64,000 nucleotides of DNA from Prochlorococcus sp. AG-347-J14 (GCA_003281505.1 QCBU01000007.1:3075-67074); one strand, 5' to 3'; shown: positions 53,662 to 63,116, numbered from the stretch's first letter. The notes: generated from the letters alone by a model not told the origin. Made by a program: numbers and translations.

Positions 53662-54300
53662 CTATAAAGCATTAGTCGATTCTATTGATAAAATCGTATC
53701 TCTGAGATGATTATCATCTAACCTCATAGATAAAGGATTTCCAATTAGTCTTGCAGTCGAGTAATAAAGATCATCTATCTTAATTAGACCATTTTCTTTA
53801 AGAGTCTTTCCGGTTGCCACCAAATCAACTATTGCCTCTGCCATACCTGTAATAGGGCCAAGCTCGACGGATCCTGTCAAATGAACTATTTCTACAGGAA
53901 TATTTAATTCTTCAAAATAAGATCTTGCTGTTTTTATAAATTTACTTGCTACTTTACAATTCGCTGGAAGATCAGTTGGTTTTGAATAATTGCTATTTTT
54001 CTTAACCGCCAAAGACATATGACAACCACCAAATCCTAAATCTAATAACTTTGCGACTTTTAAGTCAGTTTCTCGTAAAACGTCATGGCCAACAATACCC
54101 AAATCAGCCTGACCATAACTTACATAAACAGGCACATCTCCATTTCTTACTAATAAGGCTTTTGCCCTTTTGCAATTTGATTCAAAGGTTAATGATCTTT
54201 TATTTTCGTCCAACGCATCAGAGAAATCCAATCCAGCTCTTTTAAAAGTTGAAATTGAATCTTTTAACAGAGCCCCTTTTGGTAAAGCTATAGTAAACAT
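53662..54300 (-). CDS. hisG: ATP phosphoribosyltransferase, short form (HisZ-dependent)
   Basis: [35 protein letters not shown]; 212 aa. Confidence 0.95.
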   Translation of the reverse strand: MFTIALPKGALLKDSISTFKRAGLDFSDALDENKRSLTFESNCKRAKALLVRNGDVPVYVSYGQADLGIVGHDVLRETDLKVAKLLDLGFGGCHMSLAVKKNSNYSKPTDLPANCKVASKFIKTARSYFEELNIPVEIVHLTGSVELGPITGMAEAIVDLVATGKTLKENGLIKIDDLYYSTARLIGNPLSMRLDDNHLRDTILSIESTNAL

Positions 54301-54340
54301 AGATCAATTTCTTCCAAGGATTCTTCATTCTAAGTTAACA

Positions 54341-55081
54341 ATGGAATTTAATAAAGCTCGAAATATAATCGGACTTAGAGTTTTAAGTGATAACATAATT
54401 TGGTTGTTGGTAAAAGATAAATCAGTTGTGGTTGTAGATCCATCTGTTCACGAACCAGTTATTAAATATATATGTGAAAACAATTTTCACTTAGAAGCTA
54501 TTTTGCAAACTCATCATCATTCAGACCATATTGGAGGAACGAAGTCTCTTATGGAAAGATGGCCAAATGTAAAAGTAATTGCTTCTTCCAAAGAAAAAAA
54601 GCGAATACCTTTTCAAAATATATCTGTTGAGGATGGAGAAACTTTAAATATTTTAGGTGAAAAAGTAAAAATAATTGAAGTATTAGGGCATACAAGCTCA
54701 CATATTGCCTTCTTTTTGAATGGGAAAAATCCTGTTCTTTTTATTGGTGACACATTATTTTCTGGAGGTTGTGGAAGAATTTTTGAGGGGACTTATCAAC
54801 AAATGTATTCTTCACTAGAAAGAATCAAATCTTTACCAAAAAATACTCTCATATATTGTGCACATGAATATACAAAGGCAAATATATTGTGGGCATTGAA
54901 TCTCAAGCCAGAAGATCAAGATATAAAAAATAAACTTTCAGAAGTTGAAAAAAAACTTTCTCTTAATGAATTAACAATTCCATTTTTACTTGATGAAGAG
55001 ATGAAAATAAACCTTTTCTTAAGAGCAAAAAATTTAGAAGAATTTACTTTTTTAAGATCAAATAAAGATTTATGGGTTTAA
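54341..55081 (+). CDS. gloB: Hydroxyacylglutathione hydrolase (glyoxalase II)
   Basis: [30 protein letters not shown]; start moved to ATG 54341 to avoid overlap with hisG. Confidence 0.92.
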   Translation: MEFNKARNIIGLRVLSDNIIWLLVKDKSVVVVDPSVHEPVIKYICENNFHLEAILQTHHHSDHIGGTKSLMERWPNVKVIASSKEKKRIPFQNISVEDGETLNILGEKVKIIEVLGHTSSHIAFFLNGKNPVLFIGDTLFSGGCGRIFEGTYQQMYSSLERIKSLPKNTLIYCAHEYTKANILWALNLKPEDQDIKNKLSEVEKKLSLNELTIPFLLDEEMKINLFLRAKNLEEFTFLRSNKDLWV

Positions 55082-55105
55082 ATAGATAGGTATCTTCTTA
55101 AACAA

Positions 55106-55498
55106 ATGTCCCCCAAACAAGTAATTAAAACATCAAATGCTCCAGATCCAGTAGGACCTTATAATCAAGCAATAAAAGCTGGGGATTTTATCTATTGTTC
55201 TGGTCAAATTGCTATAGACCCAGCTTTAAATGAAATAACATGTTTAGGTGATATAGAGAAGGAAACTATTCAAGTTTTAAAAAATCTCGCAGCAGTTCTC
55301 AAAGCTGGCGGAGCAAAAATAGAGGATGTAATTAAAACAACTATTTACTTAACCGACTTAAGTAATTTTCAAATTGTCAACAAAATATATAGTGATTTTT
55401 TTAATATAGAGAATCCTCCAGCCAGGGCCTGTGTAGAAGTTTCATCTCTACCAAAAGGAGTTTTAGTTGAGATAGATTGCGTCGCATTTCTAGATTAA
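55106..55498 (+). CDS. ridA: RidA/YjgF family enamine deaminase
   Basis: GPYNQA, SGQI, PPARACV, VEIDC. Confidence 0.9.
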   Translation: MSPKQVIKTSNAPDPVGPYNQAIKAGDFIYCSGQIAIDPALNEITCLGDIEKETIQVLKNLAAVLKAGGAKIEDVIKTTIYLTDLSNFQIVNKIYSDFFNIENPPARACVEVSSLPKGVLVEIDCVAFLD

Positions 55499-55583
55499 TT
55501 TCTAATTATTGAGAAATTTGAAATATGCACCTATTGTGCACCATAGTTGTATAGATTATTAGTTGATAATTCATCTTTGATCT

Positions 55584-55811
55584 ATGTCAGCAGCAAAGCT
55601 TAATATAGATGAACTAGAAGCAGGTTATCCTTTATTTTGCAAAGCTCTAAGACTATTAATTTTAAAAGGAAACTCAGTTAAAGATATAGAAAAGACAGTG
55701 TGTTGGGGTCATCTTGAGACTTTAAATAGATGTCTACCTGGTAGATATAAAGCCCCCACATATTTAATGGCTTTAATCAAAAGAGATATTGCAAAGCCAA
55801 ATAATTATTAA
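55584..55811 (+). CDS. DUF3136-family small protein
   Basis: ELEAGYPLFCKALR...TVCW..L..L pattern; lies next to the cso locus. Confidence 0.7.
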   Translation: MSAAKLNIDELEAGYPLFCKALRLLILKGNSVKDIEKTVCWGHLETLNRCLPGRYKAPTYLMALIKRDIAKPNNY

Positions 55812-55817
55812 AAAGAA

Positions 55818-56057
55818 CTAATCTTCTAAATAAAATTTATCAATATCCTTTGAAAAGTTTTTTTCCTTTTCTGATATTTCTTTATTATCTAAAAAAATTG
55901 AAAGACTTACAAAATTTTTACCGAAGCTGATATTTGGATAGACATCCCTTTCTTTACATAATTTCTCAATTTTCATCATGAATTTACTAATTTTTGAGTA
56001 TTGCTCAAATTCAAATCTTTTTTCAATCCTTAAAGGTGATTCTCTTTCATTCCACAT
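55818..56057 (-). CDS. Pterin-dehydratase-like alpha-carboxysome Rubisco assembly factor (acRAF/Raf2-like)
   Basis: EKRFEF..Y...YPNISFG; lacks the PCD catalytic HHP; downstream of csoS4B. Confidence 0.75.
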   Translation of the reverse strand: MWNERESPLRIEKRFEFEQYSKISKFMMKIEKLCKERDVYPNISFGKNFVSLSIFLDNKEISEKEKNFSKDIDKFYLED

Positions 56058-56131
56058 TAAATTTTTTAATCAAAACTTATTACACTATACCTTCAACAAA
56101 GTTACTCAATAAATTTTTGAAGTTAAAATTT

Positions 56132-56380
56132 TTAGTCACTCTCCCAATAATCAATAATACCTCCAATAGTTAAATCGGTTTGAATTTCTGGATTAGGGCA
56201 AGCAAATCTTGCGGCAGAGCCACTAGAAGTAAAAACCCAGTTACCTTCTCTGGCACCAACAGGATCAACAGCAACTAATTTCTTTCCTTTATTATTTTCT
56301 AAAATTCGTAAATTCATATAACCTAAGCCTGCGACTCTTTGAGTACAAACCATCCTTCCTAATACCTTCATAATTTCCAC
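56132..56380 (-). CDS. csoS4B: Carboxysome vertex protein B
   Basis: VAVDPVGAREGNWVF, DLTIGGIIDYW. Confidence 0.93.
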   Translation of the reverse strand: MEIMKVLGRMVCTQRVAGLGYMNLRILENNKGKKLVAVDPVGAREGNWVFTSSGSAARFACPNPEIQTDLTIGGIIDYWESD

Positions 56381-56398
56381 AATATCTATCCTCCTTTT

Positions 56399-56650
56399 TT
56401 ATGACTTATCAGGATCCCAATGATCAATTATTCCAACAATCGTCAAATCACTTGGATAAGATTTGCTTCCCGCAGCTTCCCTAGCAGCAGAACTTCCAAC
56501 ACAAATAACCCAATCTCCTGGCTTACAACCAACAGCATCTACCGCAACCTTACTTGAAGAACCATCCAAAACAACCTGTAGATGTTTATGTTCAAAACCA
56601 GGAATCCTATTGGTAGAAACAAGTGGTTTTACAACCTTGCAAATTAACAT
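56399..56650 (-). CDS. csoS4A: Carboxysome vertex protein A
   Basis: LVSTNRI, VAVDAVGCKPGDWV, DLTIVGIIDHW. Confidence 0.94.
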   Translation of the reverse strand: MLICKVVKPLVSTNRIPGFEHKHLQVVLDGSSSKVAVDAVGCKPGDWVICVGSSAAREAAGSKSYPSDLTIVGIIDHWDPDKS

Positions 56651-56652
56651 AA

Positions 56653-58182
56653 TTAGTGAGCCTCCTCTGTTTTTTTATCTAAAGACATTCCAATAATTTG
56701 GGCGGAATGAATGTTGTCTCTATCTCTAATAGTAGAGCAAGTATGTAACAAACCTTGATCAACTAAATTTTTATACCTAATTGATATCGCATTATTAACC
56801 CTTTCACAATCTTTTATTGCCCTCTCTTTTGCGCCGGGTACTTTGCCAGAGTAATCAAATCTTATTACTACTGGAATAGGTAGATCTTGAGACACATTTA
56901 GTCCAGTAAAAATCTTCACTCCTACATCTAAATCTGGAGCCCCTTCTTCGACTGTATCTAAATGAGCAAAATAAGTTAAGTTTCTTAGATGTACTTCTTT
57001 AAAACCTATACCTACTCCAATAAACCTCTCTGCATGTCCAATATCTTCATAAGAACCATTATGAAAACTCTTTACATAATCAATTTGAGAAATATTATTA
57101 ACAATTAATTTATACATAAATTTTTCCAGTCCACTGAGTTTATCTTTTGAAAATTGCTTAGAAATTGTCTGACAAATTTCTCTTTCCGCATCCTCTTTTG
57201 AAAAGTTTATTGTTGAATTATAAATTTCTAAAGTAGAAATAGTTTTTTCTAAATCAATCCCTCCATCACTAGTTGGTATATGTATTTTTAATGAATCAGT
57301 ATCCGTATCAAGTCCAATTAACATTAAATCCACAGAAGCACCACAGCAAAAGCTATTCTCTACAGCCTCTTTAAAAGCGTATAGTTTACTTCTCCCTTCT
57401 TCCGCAGCTAACTCGTCATTACTCCCATGAGCTGCGCATCCCTGATGCAAAGGATCTACAGAACTAAAATGATAAGTTACAACCTTTAAGTACCTAGTAT
57501 CTTTATGGGCTTCATTAGGGATATTCTCTCTATACCTTTTATGTTCAGTTTTTACCCATCTATTTACTGTATTTTCAATATCAAAAAGTGCACCAGCATG
57601 AGATCTTCTTCTTACTGAACTAAAAGGTATTCTCATTACATACGCTACTGAATGAGCTAATCGACCATCCGAACAAGGAGTTATATCAAGTAAATGTATT
57701 CCACAATCTAAAAGAAATTTTTCAAAATCTTCCGCACCTCTACTTCCTGAAGCCCCTTCAAGAGGATCATTTTTAAAAAAATTGTCACTAAGTTTCTCAT
57801 GTTGTTTAAAAGCACACCATGCATATAGAGCTCTCATATCGAGAGGTTTAACCCAAGATTTATCTAATACATGAAGAGGTAGATCTATTCCCAAATTTTT
57901 TCTTGATATGACCTGAGCTTTACTTATAAAATCTTCATGATGTTGTATCCTAGCAATTTCCTTTAAAGTAGGAACAATTTCATCAAAATCACTTTTTATT
58001 TTGCTTTCATAACTATATAAATTTTTATTCTGAATACTGTTAGTTAATTTATGAGATTTTCCAGAATTACCTAAATCGCTTGATTTTTTAGTTTGTGTAT
58101 GAATATTTTCCGTAAAAGTTTTCATTGGAGCTGTAGGCCCCAATGTGAAGTTCTTGGCTTTTGCCAGTCCTCTTAAAGGCAT
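56653..58182 (-). CDS. csoSCA: Carboxysomal beta-carbonic anhydrase
   Basis: PCSDGRL, YHFS...HQGCAAHGS Zn ligands; position in operon. Confidence 0.95.
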   Translation of the reverse strand: MPLRGLAKAKNFTLGPTAPMKTFTENIHTQTKKSSDLGNSGKSHKLTNSIQNKNLYSYESKIKSDFDEIVPTLKEIARIQHHEDFISKAQVISRKNLGIDLPLHVLDKSWVKPLDMRALYAWCAFKQHEKLSDNFFKNDPLEGASGSRGAEDFEKFLLDCGIHLLDITPCSDGRLAHSVAYVMRIPFSSVRRRSHAGALFDIENTVNRWVKTEHKRYRENIPNEAHKDTRYLKVVTYHFSSVDPLHQGCAAHGSNDELAAEEGRSKLYAFKEAVENSFCCGASVDLMLIGLDTDTDSLKIHIPTSDGGIDLEKTISTLEIYNSTINFSKEDAEREICQTISKQFSKDKLSGLEKFMYKLIVNNISQIDYVKSFHNGSYEDIGHAERFIGVGIGFKEVHLRNLTYFAHLDTVEEGAPDLDVGVKIFTGLNVSQDLPIPVVIRFDYSGKVPGAKERAIKDCERVNNAISIRYKNLVDQGLLHTCSTIRDRDNIHSAQIIGMSLDKKTEEAH

Positions 58183-58189
58183 TATTTAA

Positions 58190-60484
58190 TTACCCTCGTG
58201 CACCACCTGAGAAGGTAACAAGTTGTCCTTCACGAGTATTACCACTTGATCCCGTTATCAAGAAATCTGGCTCTTTCATTTCATCATTCCTTTTTATATC
58301 CATCACTGGCATTGCACTCGTCATGCCTGGTCTTGTAGGATTTCTTTTTCTTGCTGAAGCTCCTTCAGTACCTGTTACCCTGTTTCCTCTTGCCCAATCA
58401 TCCCCTGTTATCTTCAACCCAGCAGATTGACCCTCGCCAGTAATTCTGGATTGTGCTCTCTCTTTTGAAGAATCAAATTCCTTTAAATCTTTTTTTGGGG
58501 TAAGTAGGGAATTTTTGTTTTTATCAAACCTAAATTGTTCTGTCCCTGTTACTGTGTCCTCAGCCATATCGAATGGGCCTGTAATCTTTGAGCCATTTTC
58601 ATACTCATTGCCTGTTACACCATCTCTTTTTTTATCAGAGTATTTATCTCTTGAGGGAGAATTTACAGAAAATTCTTCCCATGAGCTTGAATTTTTTCTT
58701 TCACTATTGGCATAATTTTTTTCGGATGAATGATTGGAACAATTATTACCTAACTGATCTCCGCCAACATATGGGGTGCCTGTTGGATTTAGACAAGCCC
58801 CTTTACCTGCTCCAGTCATACTTCCTCCGATACCAGGTTGTATACCTGTAAGGCGAGCATTTGAGCTACCTCCTAAATAAATTTTTCCTTTATCTTTTAA
58901 TTCAGTTATTAAGTCAGAATTACAATTTTCCTCAACTTGATCTAATCCAGCATATGGTGTCCCAGTTACATTTTTGCAAGTTCCAGGTTCATCGCCAGTA
59001 ACTTTCTCAGATCTTCCAGTTAAGGTGCCACTAATCTCATTAGCGTTATTTGAGAGACTAACTCCAACCTTCATTGCTTCAGGTTTTGGTTTGGATTTAC
59101 AGAATGACTCGTATTGTTGGGAACCAATATATTCATCGCCAGTTACATTTTTACAGCTTCCTGGTTCATTACCAGTAACGAATTCAGACCTCCCTACTCC
59201 TGTACCAGTTAATGCATTGCCATTTAATGTATCGTATTTCCCGACTTTTTCATGAGATCTCCCTTTAGGATTAGTTTCTGAACCAAGATATTGATCGCCC
59301 GTTAATTGATGACCAGATCCTGACTCATCTCCAGTTACAAGTGCAGATCTCCCAGGTAAAGAACCAGATACTTTTAATCCGTCAGCTGTATTACTATGTT
59401 TAACCTTTGAGGGATTTTTGGGAACTTCCCCACAATATTCCTTTGACTGATTTGCAGAACTATATTCAGTACCAGTTACATTTTTGCAAGTTCCAGGTTC
59501 ATCGCCAGTAACTTTCTCAGATCTTCCGACCTCATTACCTGTGACTTTATTTCCAGCTGATGTTGAAGTTACTGAGGATCTAGTTGGCTGTTTATATTCA
59601 GGTTGATTTTGGCAAAATTGATTAAGTACTTCGGATCCCAAATATTGTGTACCTGTGACGCTTCTACATGTACTAGCTTCATTACCAGTAGTTTTTAACG
59701 ATCTATTAGCCTGTGTTCCAGTTACTGTTTGTCCAGAATTAGTTTCACTTTTGCCAACTTTCCAACTTGCATCAGCAATATTCATTTTTGATCCATTTTT
59801 ATTCGGACCACATGGTCTACATTTACCATTTCCTTTTTTTGAGGTTGCTCCAGTTTTACTTCTTAATTCCCTAACTCTTTGAGATATTTCTCTGCTTGAT
59901 AAATCTGGATCTCCTCTTCTAGCTAAAGATGCTGCACTACTATTTTGTTTAGAAGCTGATTTGCCATGTTTAGATTGAGCTTCTCTTCTTGCCAAAACAA
60001 TATCTCTACTTGTATTGGTGATAGGTTTTCTTTTTTGAGTAACCCTTCTTTTAATTTTAGTATTTAGAACTTTATTCTCTGAATTACCAGAATTTGATAA
60101 GTCAGGGCTTTTATCTGAAGTTATTTTTATTTCATTTACTTGGATCTTTTTATTAGCTTCTGTACGAGTTCTATCAGATGAACTTATGGCTGATTTGCCA
60201 TGAGTTGACATTGCTTTCCTTCTTTCAATTACAAGTTCTTTGCTGGATAAATTTTTAGAAAAGGATTTTTTATTCATTTTTGCTGTTGGAATATGTTTTT
60301 TCGAAGTATTTGTCATATTTGTATCAATGGAAGATTTTATCCCAGAAATTTGCATATCATCAGATGTGCGAACCCTGTCTTTAGTAGTAGAAGAATTAGC
60401 AACAGCTTTTTTTCCGCTATCACTCATAGCTTTTCTTCTCTCTAATGCAATTTCTCTACTAGTTTTCATTGACATAACCTTCAA
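58190..60484 (-). CDS. csoS2: Carboxysome scaffold protein CsoS2
   Basis: N-repeats (SREIALERRKAMS..GK), M-repeats with VTG triplets, C-terminus VTFSGGARG; the true start may be the MSMK ATG at 60475. Confidence 0.96.
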   Translation of the reverse strand: MKVMSMKTSREIALERRKAMSDSGKKAVANSSTTKDRVRTSDDMQISGIKSSIDTNMTNTSKKHIPTAKMNKKSFSKNLSSKELVIERRKAMSTHGKSAISSSDRTRTEANKKIQVNEIKITSDKSPDLSNSGNSENKVLNTKIKRRVTQKRKPITNTSRDIVLARREAQSKHGKSASKQNSSAASLARRGDPDLSSREISQRVRELRSKTGATSKKGNGKCRPCGPNKNGSKMNIADASWKVGKSETNSGQTVTGTQANRSLKTTGNEASTCRSVTGTQYLGSEVLNQFCQNQPEYKQPTRSSVTSTSAGNKVTGNEVGRSEKVTGDEPGTCKNVTGTEYSSANQSKEYCGEVPKNPSKVKHSNTADGLKVSGSLPGRSALVTGDESGSGHQLTGDQYLGSETNPKGRSHEKVGKYDTLNGNALTGTGVGRSEFVTGNEPGSCKNVTGDEYIGSQQYESFCKSKPKPEAMKVGVSLSNNANEISGTLTGRSEKVTGDEPGTCKNVTGTPYAGLDQVEENCNSDLITELKDKGKIYLGGSSNARLTGIQPGIGGSMTGAGKGACLNPTGTPYVGGDQLGNNCSNHSSEKNYANSERKNSSSWEEFSVNSPSRDKYSDKKRDGVTGNEYENGSKITGPFDMAEDTVTGTEQFRFDKNKNSLLTPKKDLKEFDSSKERAQSRITGEGQSAGLKITGDDWARGNRVTGTEGASARKRNPTRPGMTSAMPVMDIKRNDEMKEPDFLITGSSGNTREGQLVTFSGGARG
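58962..59017. repeat. 56-bp exact direct repeat copy A within csoS2
   Basis: ccagttacatttttgcaagttccaggttcatcgccagtaactttctcagatcttcc, identical to 59472-59527. Confidence 0.95.
59472..59527. repeat. 56-bp exact direct repeat copy B within csoS2
   Basis: Identical to 58962-59017 (offset 510 bp, in frame). Confidence 0.95.
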
Positions 60485-60504
60485 TTGTGAAACTTTTTAA
60501 AAAG

Positions 60505-60540
60505 ACTTTCTCCAAAAAATTAAGTTCTTATGGAGAAAGT
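60505..60540 (-). terminator. Stem-loop between rbcS and csoS2 (attenuator or mRNA stabiliser)
   Basis: ACTTTCTCCA-N16-TGGAGAAAGT perfect 10-bp inverted repeat; minus strand continues CTTTTT. Confidence 0.65.
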
Positions 60541-60561
60541 TATTTACTACGAAAAGTAGCT

Positions 60562-60903
60562 TTAACGTCCTTGGAAAACTACAAAAGCTGTTCCTTGACT
60601 TTGAGTGTAAGCATCGTATCCGATAATTCTTACATGATGATCAGGATATGCTCTATGGCATGCCTCTAATTCGCTCACGATCAAGTTAAGATCTTTTTCC
60701 CCAAAGAATGGGAGTTTCCAATAAGACCAATAAGTTTGCATACATCCACTTGGATGAACATGCTCAATAACTGGACTCCAACCTTGAGCAATTATGTAGG
60801 CAATTTGGTCATATATTTCTTCCTGGGTCATCGGTGGTAAGAAACCGAATGTTTCCAGGGTTGCAACTGTTTGATAGTCGCTTACTGTGCTCTGGAAAGG
60901 CAT
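60562..60903 (-). CDS. rbcS: Rubisco small subunit, form IA
   Basis: ETFGFLPP, YWSYWKLPFF, RIIGYD. Confidence 0.98.
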   Translation of the reverse strand: MPFQSTVSDYQTVATLETFGFLPPMTQEEIYDQIAYIIAQGWSPVIEHVHPSGCMQTYWSYWKLPFFGEKDLNLIVSELEACHRAYPDHHVRIIGYDAYTQSQGTAFVVFQGR

Positions 60904-60992
60904 AATTAATCAAAATGTGAATGTAATTACTCGTAAAAACGAGATTTTAATAAGTTTGAGGAGAATAAATCTACTCAATTTCGAAACTTGAG

Positions 60993-62408
60993 TTAACCCT
61001 GAACATCAAGCTTGTCGACAGTGTCAAACTCGAACTTAATTTCCTTCCAAGTTTCTAGAGCAATAGCTAATTCAGGACTATGCTTAGCAGCTTCCATAAG
61101 AATGTCTCTACTCTCTTTTTCGATTTCGCGACCAGCATTTCGGGCTTTTACACAAGCTTCTAAAGCAACTCTGTTAGCTGCAGCTCCAGCAGCAGAACCC
61201 CATGGATGACCATGTGTTCCTCCACCGAACTGAAGGCAGGAATCATCACCAAAGATCGCTAGAAGTGCAGGCATATGCCAAACATGGATACCACCTGATG
61301 CGACTGCAAATACTCCAGGCATTGAACCCCAATCTTGATCAAAGAAGTTACCTCTTGATCTATCTTCAGGAACAAATGACTCTCTTAAGTTGTCAATATA
61401 ACCAAGAGTTGTTTGACGATCACCTTCTAGTTTTCCAACAACGGTTCCAGTATGTAATTGGTCTCCTCCAGATAGTCTCAAACATTTTGCAAGAACTCTG
61501 AAGTGAATACCATGCTTTGGATGTCTATCAATAACAGCATGCATAGCTCTATGAATATGCAAAAGCATGCCATTTTTACGACACCAATTAGCTAATCCAG
61601 TATTTGCAGTAAAACCACCAGTTATATAATCATGCATGATGATTGGCATATCTAGCTCTTTTGCAAATTCAGCTCTTTCATAGAGTTCTTCAGGAGTGTT
61701 AGCAGTACAATTTAGATAGTGACCTTTAACTTCTCCAGTTTCTCGCTGAGCAAGCTTAACTGCTTCTGCAACAAACTCAAATCTTTCTCTCCAACGTTGG
61801 AATGGTTGAGAATTAATATTCTCATCATCCTTCGTTAAATCAAGACCTCCTCTAAGACATTCATATACAACTCGACCATAGTTTTTACCAGATAATCCTA
61901 ATTTAGGTTTGATGGTACAACCAAGTAGAGGTCTTCCGTATTTGTTAAGTCGATCTCTTTCAACTACGATTCCATTTGGTGGACCACCGCAAGTTTTAAT
62001 GAAAGCAATTGGGAATCTAATATCTTCTAGACGTAGATGTCTAAGAGCTTTAAATCCAAAAACGTTTCCTACAAGAGATGTTAATACGTTTGTAATTGAG
62101 CCTTCTTCAAAAAGATCTAAAGGATATGCAATAAAAGCATAGAAAGCTTCAGGATCTCCAGGAACGTCTTCGATTCGATAACAACGTCCTTTATAAAATT
62201 CTAAGTCTGTAAGTAACTCGGACCAAACTGTTGACCAAGTACCTGTTGAAGATTCAGCGGCAACAGCTGCTGCAACTTCTTCTCTTGGAACACCTTCCTG
62301 ACCTGTACATTTGAAACAGGCTAGTAAATCGGTGTCTAGGGGGACATATTCTGGAGTCCAGTAGGTATCTCTGTACTCCTTTACCCCTGCGTCATACTTC
62401 TTACTCAT
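60993..62408 (-). CDS. rbcL: Rubisco large subunit, form IA
   Basis: [34 protein letters not shown]. Confidence 0.99.
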   Translation of the reverse strand: MSKKYDAGVKEYRDTYWTPEYVPLDTDLLACFKCTGQEGVPREEVAAAVAAESSTGTWSTVWSELLTDLEFYKGRCYRIEDVPGDPEAFYAFIAYPLDLFEEGSITNVLTSLVGNVFGFKALRHLRLEDIRFPIAFIKTCGGPPNGIVVERDRLNKYGRPLLGCTIKPKLGLSGKNYGRVVYECLRGGLDLTKDDENINSQPFQRWRERFEFVAEAVKLAQRETGEVKGHYLNCTANTPEELYERAEFAKELDMPIIMHDYITGGFTANTGLANWCRKNGMLLHIHRAMHAVIDRHPKHGIHFRVLAKCLRLSGGDQLHTGTVVGKLEGDRQTTLGYIDNLRESFVPEDRSRGNFFDQDWGSMPGVFAVASGGIHVWHMPALLAIFGDDSCLQFGGGTHGHPWGSAAGAAANRVALEACVKARNAGREIEKESRDILMEAAKHSPELAIALETWKEIKFEFDTVDKLDVQG

Positions 62409-62477
62409 AAGGATAAATTTAGGTCTGTGTAGGGAAAATAATTATTTTGCAAAATTTATAAATCTTGCTTTACTTAA

Positions 62478-62789
62478 TTAGTCCTTTTGACCAAGAAATT
62501 CACCGTTACCTAGAGCAGGTTCAACTTCTCTATGAGGACGAGCAATAATGTGAGCTGCAACTAAACCGTCACCAACTCTCTCACAAGCATCAGCACCAGC
62601 TCTTACAGCTGCGTTAACTGCGCCTGTTTCGCCTCTAACTAATACTGTGACATAACCGCCACCAACGAATTCACGACCAATAAGGCGAACTTCTGCTGCC
62701 TTTGTCATTGCGTCTGCTGCTTCGATTGCAGGTACAAGTCCGCGTGTCTCGATCATGCCGAGAGCGATACCCATTGTTTCTGTAGCCAT
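62478..62789 (-). CDS. csoS1: Major carboxysome shell hexamer CsoS1 (CcmK-like BMC-H)
   Basis: ALGMIETRGLVPAIEAADAMTKAAEV, IIARPH. Confidence 0.98.
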   Translation of the reverse strand: MATETMGIALGMIETRGLVPAIEAADAMTKAAEVRLIGREFVGGGYVTVLVRGETGAVNAAVRAGADACERVGDGLVAAHIIARPHREVEPALGNGEFLGQKD

Positions 62790-62898
62790 TGTCTACTAAA
62801 TACTAAATGTGGAATGTTCAATTCGAAGAATGCTTCATTAAGTACTTATAAGTCAAGCGTTTTCGACAAAATCTCCATTAATGTTTTTTCTATGATTC

Positions 62899-62913
62899 AT
62901 AAGTTAAACTTAT
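62899..62913. promoter_or_regulatory. Palindrome in cso promoter region, LysR (CbbR/RbcR)-type T-N11-A site
   Basis: ATAAGTT-A-AACTTAT, containing TAA-N7-TTA, ~110 bp upstream of csoS1. Confidence 0.45.
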
Positions 62914-63012
62914 CACCCTTGGTACTATTGATATGTCAATACTTATAGAAATTAGTTAGTGCATCAAAACATACTGTTGTGTTAAGAAAAAATTTACATT
63001 ATGTTATTTCCG

Positions 63013-63069
63013 TACGAGACAGGCCCTGTCTATACAGGTGTGGAATGTTCAACCTTTCCTGTCTCCGTA
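63013..63069 (+). ncRNA. Candidate structured small RNA or leader element between csoS1 and ham1 (strand uncertain)
   Basis: GC-rich outer stem TACG-AGACAGG / CCTGTCT-C-CGTA, inner hairpin CCTGT-CTAT-ACAGG, unpaired TGTGGAATGTTCAA identical to 62808-62821. Confidence 0.55.
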
Positions 63070-63116
63070 TCAAGCTTTGAAGTAAGATAATATTCACAAT
63101 AAATTTATTTGTTATT

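Noticed and set aside
54170-54340. Apparent 57-aa N-terminal extension of GloB overlapping hisG head-to-head
   Set aside because: ORF-caller artefact from an upstream TTG; ATG at 54341 gives a normal-length GloB
58490-58500. Slippery C-CCA-AAA-AAA run in csoS2 (possible -1 frameshift as in Halothiobacillus CsoS2A/B)
   Set aside because: Lies in the C-terminal domain rather than at the end of the M-region; no clear stimulatory structure seen; A-runs are common in this genome
1156-62142. The many short ORFs antisense or out of frame to recognised genes (e.g. 1156-1362, 23288-23725, 33243-33458, 44815-45150, 52091-52423, 58974-59255, 61202-61501)
   Set aside because: They lie wholly or largely within well-supported genes and show no recognisable motifs; expected shadow ORFs
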